Of a stretch of 43,767 nucleotides of DNA, positions 36,563 through 43,767 are shown piece by piece; position 1 is the first letter of the stretch; each line of letters starts with the position of its first letter. The DNA lies in contig JAZDEQ010000016.1 of the NCBI GenBank assembly GCA_043808565.1, forward strand, positions 1 to 43,767. The letters are read 5' to 3'. The notes under the pieces are model-generated. The model did not search any database, was not told where the DNA came from, and worked only from the letters and a program-made list of their open reading frames with translations. Position numbers and translations under genes: made by a program. Origin of the DNA: Candidatus Uhrbacteria bacterium. Its GTDB lineage: Bacteria; Patescibacteriota; Patescibacteriia; UBA9934; GWF2-40-263.

Positions 36563-39202
36563 ATGTTACCAAATAATTTTACCCATAAATCCCAAGAAGC
36601 CCTACAGCACGCTCATAATATTGCGGTTGATAATGGCCAGCCGGCCCTCGAACCCATTCATCTTTTAGCGGCTTTGGTTGGACAAGACGAAGGTGCGGTG
36701 CGAGCGGTTCTGGATAAAATTTTACCTGACCAGGCAGCTCTGCGAGCTAAGATAGATCATATCCTTGGTTCCCTGCCTCGTTCTGGTGATATCAATATGG
36801 GCGGCGGGATTGGCCAAATTATGCTCTCGCCAGGCATGGCCGCAGTTTTAGGCGAATCTGGTAAACGAGCTAAAATTTTTAAAGATGATTTTATTTCCAC
36901 CGAACATTTATTTTTAGCCCTGATCGCCGATAAAGCCATTGCTCGGCTTCTTGGAACTTTTGGGGTTAATGAAGAAAAAGTTATGGCCGCCCTAAAAGAC
37001 ATTCGCGGCACCCAACGAGTTGATTCGCCTGAACCAGAATCGCGTTATCAAGCTTTGGAAAAATACAGTCGCAATCTCACCGAAGTCGCGCGAGCTGGCA
37101 AACTCGATCCAGTCATTGGTCGTGATTCGGAAATTCGTCGGGTTATGCAAGTTTTGCTTCGGCGAACAAAAAATAATCCAGTTTTAATTGGTGAGGCTGG
37201 AGTCGGTAAAACGGCGATCGTCGAAGGATTAGCTCAACGTATTATCGTCGGTGATGTTCCGGAACTTTTAAAAGATAAAGAATTGGTTTCGCTTGATCTT
37301 GGCTCAATGATTGCTGGCACTAAATATCGCGGCGAGTTTGAAGATCGCTTGAAAGCGGTTTTAAAAGAAGTGGAAAATTCCAATGGCAAAATAATTTTGT
37401 TTATCGATGAACTTCACACTTTGATGGGTGCCGGAACTTCTGAAGGCAGTCCGCTTGATGCTAGCAACATGCTCAAACCAGCTCTGGCTCGTGGAGCCAT
37501 GCGGACGATTGGCGCTACGACCATTAAAGAATACCAAAAACACGTGGAAAAAGATCAAGCTTTTGAGCGGCGTTTTCAGCCGGTTTTAGTAGAAGAACCT
37601 TCGGTTGAAGACACCATCGCAATTCTTCGTGGCATCAAAGAAAAATACGAGCTTCATCACGGAATTCGTATTAGTGATCCGGCCATTATTGCGGCCTCGG
37701 AACTTTCTAGTCGCTATGTTGCCGATCGTTTTTTACCCGATAAAGCTATTGATTTAATGGACGAAGCGGCTTCGGCTTTGCGTATGCAAATTGATTCCCT
37801 GCCCGAGGCGTTGGATATTTTAAAACGCGATTTAATGCGCATGGAAATTGAACGCAAGGCTTTGGAAAAAGAAGAAGACAAAGAATCAAAAACGCGATTA
37901 AAAGAAATAGAAAAATTAATTGCCGATCAACGAGAAAAAGTTGATGCCCTTGAAGGTCGTTGGAAAAATGAAAAAGAAAAAATTGGCGACATTCATAATA
38001 TTAAGAGCCAAATGGAAACTTTGAAGGCCGAAGCTGAATTGGCCGAGCGTAAAGGTGATTTGGAAAAAGTTGCGGAAATTCGTTATGGCCAAATTCCCAC
38101 TGAGGAGAAAAAATTAAAAGTGGCGGAAAAAAATCTTTCTTCTTTACAACGTGAACGCGGTATCTTGAAAGAAGTTGTAGTTGAGGAAGATATTGCTACA
38201 GTAATTTCTCGCTGGACGCATATTCCGGTGGCTAAAATGTTAGAGTCTGAATTAAAAAAACTGGCGCGCATGGAAGAAGAATTAACCAAACGTGTGGTTG
38301 GTCAAAAAGAAGCCATTGCCGCGGTTTCCAATGCCTTGCGTCGTTCGCGAGCCGGAATTGGTGAAGAAAATCGACCAATTGGTTCTTTTGTTTTCCTTGG
38401 TCCGACTGGAGTTGGTAAAACCGAGCTGGCTCGAGCTTTGGCGGAATTTATGTTTAATGATGAAACCGCTTTGGTACGTTTGGACATGTCCGAATATATG
38501 GAAAAGCATGCCGTAGCCAAAATGATTGGCTCGCCACCTGGTTATGTTGGTTATGAGGAAGGCGGTCAGCTCACGGAAATTATTCGCCGCCGACCGTATT
38601 CAGTAATTCTTTTTGATGAAATCGAAAAAGCCCATCCCGATACTTTTAACATGTTGCTTCAAATTCTCGACGATGGACGTTTGACTGATGCCAAAGGCCG
38701 AAAAGTTAATTTCAAAAATACCGTTATCATCATGACTAGCAACATTGGTTCTGATATTCTACAAAATACCGGCAAAGAATTAGGTTCAATCGGTTTTTCC
38801 GATGGTTCTGGAACGACTGGCGAAGAAGCTGACCTAAAGGAACGAATCAACAATCTCCTCAAAGAACAATTCCGACCAGAATTTTTAAATCGTTTGGATG
38901 AAATCATTATGTTCCACTCATTGACCGAAGCTGAAATAGCCGAGATCGTCGAATTACAACTTAAACGTGTGGCTGTTCGTTTGCTCCGAGAAAAAGGCAT
39001 TGAATTAACCTTTTCCGCTTCAGCCAAAAAAGTTATTGCCGAAAAAGGCTACGATCCAGCCTTTGGTGCTCGTCCGCTCAAGCGAGTGATTCAAACCTTG
39101 ATTCTCAATCCTTTAGCCCTGAAAATTGTTAGTGGCGAAATTAAAGAAGGTGAAAAAATTAGTGTGGGGATTGATAAAGGCGGCGAGATAATTATTAAGT
39201 AA
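36563..39202 (+). CDS. clpB: ATP-dependent chaperone ClpB
   Basis: Two AAA+ modules ([16 protein letters not shown]), KYRGEFE, long coiled-coil M domain, GARPLKR. Confidence 0.97.
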   Translation: MLPNNFTHKSQEALQHAHNIAVDNGQPALEPIHLLAALVGQDEGAVRAVLDKILPDQAALRAKIDHILGSLPRSGDINMGGGIGQIMLSPGMAAVLGESGKRAKIFKDDFISTEHLFLALIADKAIARLLGTFGVNEEKVMAALKDIRGTQRVDSPEPESRYQALEKYSRNLTEVARAGKLDPVIGRDSEIRRVMQVLLRRTKNNPVLIGEAGVGKTAIVEGLAQRIIVGDVPELLKDKELVSLDLGSMIAGTKYRGEFEDRLKAVLKEVENSNGKIILFIDELHTLMGAGTSEGSPLDASNMLKPALARGAMRTIGATTIKEYQKHVEKDQAFERRFQPVLVEEPSVEDTIAILRGIKEKYELHHGIRISDPAIIAASELSSRYVADRFLPDKAIDLMDEAASALRMQIDSLPEALDILKRDLMRMEIERKALEKEEDKESKTRLKEIEKLIADQREKVDALEGRWKNEKEKIGDIHNIKSQMETLKAEAELAERKGDLEKVAEIRYGQIPTEEKKLKVAEKNLSSLQRERGILKEVVVEEDIATVISRWTHIPVAKMLESELKKLARMEEELTKRVVGQKEAIAAVSNALRRSRAGIGEENRPIGSFVFLGPTGVGKTELARALAEFMFNDETALVRLDMSEYMEKHAVAKMIGSPPGYVGYEEGGQLTEIIRRRPYSVILFDEIEKAHPDTFNMLLQILDDGRLTDAKGRKVNFKNTVIIMTSNIGSDILQNTGKELGSIGFSDGSGTTGEEADLKERINNLLKEQFRPEFLNRLDEIIMFHSLTEAEIAEIVELQLKRVAVRLLREKGIELTFSASAKKVIAEKGYDPAFGARPLKRVIQTLILNPLALKIVSGEIKEGEKISVGIDKGGEIIIK

Positions 39203-39242
39203 TCCTTTACTTTTTAAGTTTTTCTGATAAGATAAAAGCAAT

Positions 39243-39632
39243 ATGAGACACAAAATTAACAAATTTTTTCGAGTATTTTTTCCGCAACAGAATCCCGTGG
39301 ATATTAAAAAAGAATATAAATTACCCGAATCAATAAATTTTTCTTTGCGTTTAACCCAAGACGGTTGGTTTGTTTTAACTATGCCTGATCACCCTGGGCT
39401 TGTGACTGAAGCAGAAAATTCTAAACAACTTATCGAAATGGTTAATGACGCCATTTTGACTTATTATGACGTTCCTAGACGTGGCGCGGGTATTGTATAC
39501 GATAGATTAAATATTGAAGATACTGTTTTGAATTATTACGATTTTTCTAAAGTGGATACAATACATGATTATTTAAATATCGGTGACACAGTTAGACAAT
39601 ACCAAGGTCAGCTTCAAACTCAAAAAGCGTAA
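39243..39632 (+). CDS. HicB-like antitoxin
   Basis: DGWFVLTMPDHPGLVTEAEN….EMVNDAI resembles the HicB partial RNase H fold. Confidence 0.7.
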   Translation: MRHKINKFFRVFFPQQNPVDIKKEYKLPESINFSLRLTQDGWFVLTMPDHPGLVTEAENSKQLIEMVNDAILTYYDVPRRGAGIVYDRLNIEDTVLNYYDFSKVDTIHDYLNIGDTVRQYQGQLQTQKA

Positions 39633-39640
39633 TTATTGTT

Positions 39641-39898
39641 ATGGGAGAATTAAATTTTAATACCAAACAGTGTCTTCGGGCTTTAAAACGTTTGGGTTTT
39701 TACCTTGGCAATAAGCGCCTTGGTCGACACGATAAATTTTATCCGCCAAAATTAATAGCCGATAAATTGTCTGGAACCCAACCAAGATTTATCATAATTC
39801 CGAGACATACAGATTTGCATTGTCAACCGGAAATTATTTCAGAATTACGCGTTATGGGCGGCGATGAACTGGTTCAGAAATTTAAAGAAAATTTATAA
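39641..39898 (+). CDS. HicA-like toxin (dsRBD-fold mRNA interferase)
   Basis: LRALKRLGF…GRHDKF…IIIPRH pattern; basic 85-aa protein next to the HicB-like gene. Confidence 0.65.
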   Translation: MGELNFNTKQCLRALKRLGFYLGNKRLGRHDKFYPPKLIADKLSGTQPRFIIIPRHTDLHCQPEIISELRVMGGDELVQKFKENL

Positions 39899-39953
39899 AA
39901 AAATCCCGGCAACAATTGTAAAATTTTTTGCCAGGATTTTTAAATTCTGGAAA

Positions 39954-40664
39954 TTATTTTTTCAAAAAATAAATTTCGCCAGTCTGTGGCAGCTTAAATT
40001 TTTTAACCAGATATTCAATCATTTTTATAATTTTAATACTGCGATTTTTATTTATAGAAACATTTACCTCTTTATATAATTTCCAAAAAATTCGATCAAT
40101 TATTTGTATTCTTTGCTCAATATCTCTTGGTCTTGGTTGCCATTCTTTATGAAGTTTAAAAAAGAATTTTGTAACATTTTGAATTACATAATTTTGAAAA
40201 TAATAGCCATCAAAATTTTTCTCGATCAAGTTTTTTAAATCACCAGTGTAAGTTTTAAAAGCATAACCAATTTCAATAGTGTCATTTTTTGTTATCTTTT
40301 TTGGTCCATTTTTCCAAATTTTTTGGGCCGTTGTTTGAAGCTTTTTTAAGTTGCCAAATTTATCGAATAAAATTTGACCACTGGCTAAAATATAAAGTTC
40401 GGCATTAGCCACTCGTTCATTAGTTAAATCTTTTTCTTTAATAACTTTGGCCGTGGCGCAACAAATATCAATGAGATAATTTTTATATTGCCAAATTTTA
40501 TAATAAGCTTTTCCTTGGGAAATCAGAACCGTAAAATCATAATCACTATTGGCTGAATGCGTACCTTTTAACCGACTACCACTAAAAATAACGCCTTCAC
40601 AAAAAGGAATTTTTTTAAGATAAGTAGAGATTATTTCTAAATTTTGATTTAATTGGTCGCTCAT
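39954..40664 (-). CDS. Nucleotidyltransferase-domain protein (Pol beta superfamily)
   Basis: FSGSRLKG….SDYDF motif plus helical C-domain. Confidence 0.85.
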   Translation of the reverse strand: MSDQLNQNLEIISTYLKKIPFCEGVIFSGSRLKGTHSANSDYDFTVLISQGKAYYKIWQYKNYLIDICCATAKVIKEKDLTNERVANAELYILASGQILFDKFGNLKKLQTTAQKIWKNGPKKITKNDTIEIGYAFKTYTGDLKNLIEKNFDGYYFQNYVIQNVTKFFFKLHKEWQPRPRDIEQRIQIIDRIFWKLYKEVNVSINKNRSIKIIKMIEYLVKKFKLPQTGEIYFLKK

Positions 40665-40687
40665 ATTTTTATTTCAATGACCACAAA

Positions 40688-41230
40688 TTAAAACCTAAAA
40701 AACGAACTATCATCAAGTATTTGCCAGGCTGAGTATTCTTTTAGTAAATAGGAACGACTGTGTTCGCCATATTCTTGTGGGGAGATAAAGGCTTGATCAA
40801 TTAAATAGGCCGTTAAAAAACCACCGACCATTATTAAAAGCATTTTTAAAAAATCTTTTCGGGCAAAAATTAGACAGAAAATTATTTGAATAAAAGTTGT
40901 GACCACGACAATAAAACATACTGCTAGCCATAAAGCCGCTGGTCCACCACTCAAGCCAGACGGAGCAAAAAAACAAAAGCCCACCAAATATCCAAAAAAT
41001 ATATGCATTGGCCAGATAAGGGGCGAGACGGCTTTTTTATGCACCAGGCTCCAAAAAGAAAATATAACTGCCAAGGCTAAAGAAATACAAATAATAAGTG
41101 TTAAAAAACTTTGAAATTCTTTAAAGAGCAGACAAGCAACAGTAAAAACAATGTACATTAGAATAAGCAAAATTTCGCTTAAGTGAAGCTTTTTAATCTT
41201 TTTAAAAGTTTTGTTTAGTTGGTTATTCAT
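40688..41230 (-). CDS. Hypothetical membrane protein (about 5 TM helices)
   Basis: Hydrophobic 180-aa ORF. Confidence 0.75.
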   Translation of the reverse strand: MNNQLNKTFKKIKKLHLSEILLILMYIVFTVACLLFKEFQSFLTLIICISLALAVIFSFWSLVHKKAVSPLIWPMHIFFGYLVGFCFFAPSGLSGGPAALWLAVCFIVVVTTFIQIIFCLIFARKDFLKMLLIMVGGFLTAYLIDQAFISPQEYGEHSRSYLLKEYSAWQILDDSSFFRF

Positions 41231-41265
41231 ATTTTTTATTTACCTTCAACATTTTAATTCCTAAA

Positions 41266-42060
41266 TTAATTTCCGAAAGTCATAAAATTTGAACTTTCGT
41301 ATTTTTTTACACAGCGATAAAAAATTTTAATGGCTAAAACAATCCAAACCAAAGCTAGAAAACCTATCAGCAGAAGTTTATCCAATGAAACATTTCTAAT
41401 AATTTCAACCGGCAAAGAGCCGAGTAAAAGTGACGGGATGGCGAAAGTGAAAATAAAACGCAAGGTGCCTTGAAAAGCTCCGCCATGAAACATAGAGGGT
41501 GACATAAATAATTCGAATAATCCGCTTGTTACCGAGTTGGCGTCAGTAAAAAGAAAACTGGTTGAGTAAATCGCTATGGCAGCGGCTAAAAATACGATAG
41601 CGGAAATAATTATCAATAAAAGTATCAACAAAATTTGAACGAAACCGGCTTGGATTACAAAAGCATAAATAAATAAGCAAACCACGCCAAAAACAATATC
41701 ACCAAGAGATGCAACACTGATCGAAGAAGTCGCAACTCGCATCAATAAATTTTTTGGCGAAAGCATAAAACGATCGAAAGAGCCTGAAGCAGTATAATCA
41801 GCCAATTTTCTTATACCAGAACCGACTGACAAAACCAAACCATAACTCAAAGCCACAAAACCTTGTAAACCAATAATATCAACTGCCGTCCAACCGCCAA
41901 TGACACCCACAGATTTTACAAAAAAGACCCACAAGAAAATGAAAGCCGTGTTATTAATGGCCATGCCAATAATATTCATCAAAAAACTTGTCCGCAGTTC
42001 AGCACTGTTTTGCAGATTCTTTTTTATCGAATATAAAGCGAAGGATAATTCGTTATTCAT
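41266..42060 (-). CDS. ABC-2 family transporter permease (DUF990-like)
   Basis: IGGW, G.FDRFMLSP motifs, 6 TM helices; start placed at ATG 42060. Confidence 0.88.
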   Translation of the reverse strand: MNNELSFALYSIKKNLQNSAELRTSFLMNIIGMAINNTAFIFLWVFFVKSVGVIGGWTAVDIIGLQGFVALSYGLVLSVGSGIRKLADYTASGSFDRFMLSPKNLLMRVATSSISVASLGDIVFGVVCLFIYAFVIQAGFVQILLILLLIIISAIVFLAAAIAIYSTSFLFTDANSVTSGLFELFMSPSMFHGGAFQGTLRFIFTFAIPSLLLGSLPVEIIRNVSLDKLLLIGFLALVWIVLAIKIFYRCVKKYESSNFMTFGN

Positions 42061-42064
42061 AAAA

Positions 42065-42865
42065 TCAACCACCGTTTACCGAAACTTTTTGTTTAGCTTT
42101 TTCAAACATAAAATAAACAACCAAACCGGAAATCAAAATCCAAAATAATTGGATACCGATAAGTTGAAACCAGTCAGTTAACCAAGTTTGATTAACTGTA
42201 TGAGTTACAAATTGCGAAGCACCGAACGGACTGTATAAAGCGATCTTATATAAAAAAACTGTAAAAAGAGCGACCGGCAAATAAGAACCACCCAAAATCA
42301 TCACCGCTTTATCGACAATCCAAAAAACCGGATTAACGTCTTCCAGCCAAAAAGCCAACAAACCAACAATGGAATATAAAAAGAGCGAAAGGATGGCGCC
42401 GAATAAAAAAGTTAAAATCAAGGTTGGTAGAAAAAGACTGAAGGCCATAGTCGAAGGAAAGCCGATGGTTAGAGCGAGGACAATCGTGGCCAGTAAAGTA
42501 ATAACCACAAAAGAATACAATCCGGAACCGACCTGCCACCATATGCGATACCACAAATAAGATATTGGTTTACTAAACAATACTTCAACATTTCCCGATT
42601 GAATATCTTGCATAATACTCCGAGAAATATCTCGCAAACGCAAAATTGAAAAAGAAAAATAAAAAAAGATACTCCAGGCGGCAAAAGAAAAAGTTGTACC
42701 GTTAATTACTCCGTCGTTTAAACTAAAAACGTACCAATATAAAATTAGCAGAATTCCGCAACGAGCAATAACTGAGACCGTATCAACAATAAGTCGGTTG
42801 GGATATTGAATACGATCTTTAATGAGAGTTTTTAATATTTTTTTCGCCAATCTAATTTCCTTCAT
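42065..42865 (-). CDS. ABC-2 family transporter permease (DUF990-like)
   Basis: [24 protein letters not shown], terminal VNGG motifs. Confidence 0.88.
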   Translation of the reverse strand: MKEIRLAKKILKTLIKDRIQYPNRLIVDTVSVIARCGILLILYWYVFSLNDGVINGTTFSFAAWSIFFYFSFSILRLRDISRSIMQDIQSGNVEVLFSKPISYLWYRIWWQVGSGLYSFVVITLLATIVLALTIGFPSTMAFSLFLPTLILTFLFGAILSLFLYSIVGLLAFWLEDVNPVFWIVDKAVMILGGSYLPVALFTVFLYKIALYSPFGASQFVTHTVNQTWLTDWFQLIGIQLFWILISGLVVYFMFEKAKQKVSVNGG

Positions 42866-43767
42866 AAATATGGCGAATGACAGTTTCTAAACTGGCATTG
42901 TAAACATCAATATCTTCAACTTCAAAAAGATCAAGCAATTTTTTTAAAGATTTTTGAAGATTTATTTTATTTAAGTCAACAATGACTGTAACCTTATTTT
43001 TATCTTTTACCGAATAACGTATTCCGTTTGGTAGTTCTGGGAAAATATCAAAATTTGTTTTAGCAATAAGATCAATGTATTTTTCATAAACAAAAGTTTT
43101 GGCTAATTCTTGGGTTGGTAAATCTTTGATTACGATTCCGTCATTAATCACAATGGTTCGATTACAAAGAGATTCAATATCACCAACGTCATGTGAGGTT
43201 AAAAAGATGGTGGTGTTTTCTTCTTTGTTGATTTTTAACAACAAATCTCGGAGAGATTTTTTGGCCACGACATCAAGACCGATTGTCGGCTCATCAAGAA
43301 GGATTGTTTTTGGTTTATGGATTAATGAGGCGGCCACTTCGGCTCTCATGCGTTGGCCAAGTGAAAGTTTACGAACCGGTTGAGTAACAAACGAGCCTAA
43401 ATCAAACAACTCAATGAGTTCAGTAATTCGCGTTTTGATTTCTTTTTCTGGCAAGTCGTACATAACGCCAAAAAATTCCAATGAATCAGTAAGGGGTAAA
43501 TTTGGAAAAAGTTGCGAGCGTTGACCAAAAACCGTGCCGATTTGATAAGCCAGTTTTTTTCTATCTTTAGTTGGATCAAGCCCAAGAATATTTATTTTGC
43601 CCGAAGTTGGAAAAAGAATACCGGTTAACATTTTGATAGTAGTTGACTTTCCGGCTCCGTTAGGACCAATAAAGGCAATGCGTTCGCCGTGTTTAACCGA
43701 AAAAGAAATGTCATTAACTGCCACGATTTCTTTAGTCTCCGGAGAAAAAAGATTCTTTAACCAACCC
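42852..43767 (-). CDS. ABC transporter ATP-binding protein (5' truncated by the window edge)
   Basis: [31 protein letters not shown] motifs; frame stays open to the window end. Confidence 0.95.
   Translation of the reverse strand, partial: GWLKNLFSPETKEIVAVNDISFSVKHGERIAFIGPNGAGKSTTIKMLTGILFPTSGKINILGLDPTKDRKKLAYQIGTVFGQRSQLFPNLPLTDSLEFFGVMYDLPEKEIKTRITELIELFDLGSFVTQPVRKLSLGQRMRAEVAASLIHKPKTILLDEPTIGLDVVAKKSLRDLLLKINKEENTTIFLTSHDVGDIESLCNRTIVINDGIVIKDLPTQELAKTFVYEKYIDLIAKTNFDIFPELPNGIRYSVKDKNKVTVIVDLNKINLQKSLKKLLDLFEVEDIDVYNASLETVIRHIYEGN

Noticed and set aside
39954-40664. MNT-HEPN toxin-antitoxin or CBASS-type nucleotidyltransferase system
   Set aside because: No adjacent HEPN (RxxxxH) or effector gene; only the generic NTase motif is visible.

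Overview
AT-rich (visually ~40% GC) bacterial chromosome segment. The gene set (RimK, FolD, DnaB, YbaB, RecR, L21, tRNA-Glu, MurF, Tgt, mraZ-rsmH-ftsL, MEMO1-CapA fusion, alpha-2-macroglobulin, ECF sigma, twin Cys-rich proteins, WecB/TagA, PaaX/Cas2-like protein, ClpB, HicBA, ABC transporter) suggests a Patescibacteria/CPR genome; this is inference. The window opens in the 3' end of an ISAs1-family IS. The most striking non-genic feature is a dense set of short palindromic dispersed elements, at least six families, that fill many intergenic gaps, abut start codons, nest inside each other and sit in-frame inside genes such as tgt. They include (i) five copies of a 115-180 bp MITE-like element with 34-bp TIRs, (ii) a 30-bp mini-element with a visible filled/empty site pair, and (iii) a PaaX/Cas2-like gene bracketed exactly by 29-bp inverted repeats, with a cargo-less palindrome of the same end motif nearby. 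A second candidate system is an ECF sigma factor upstream of a membrane-anchored, thioester-less alpha-2-macroglobulin with an anti-sigma-like N-terminus. All calls come from reading the sequence; no database searches were run.
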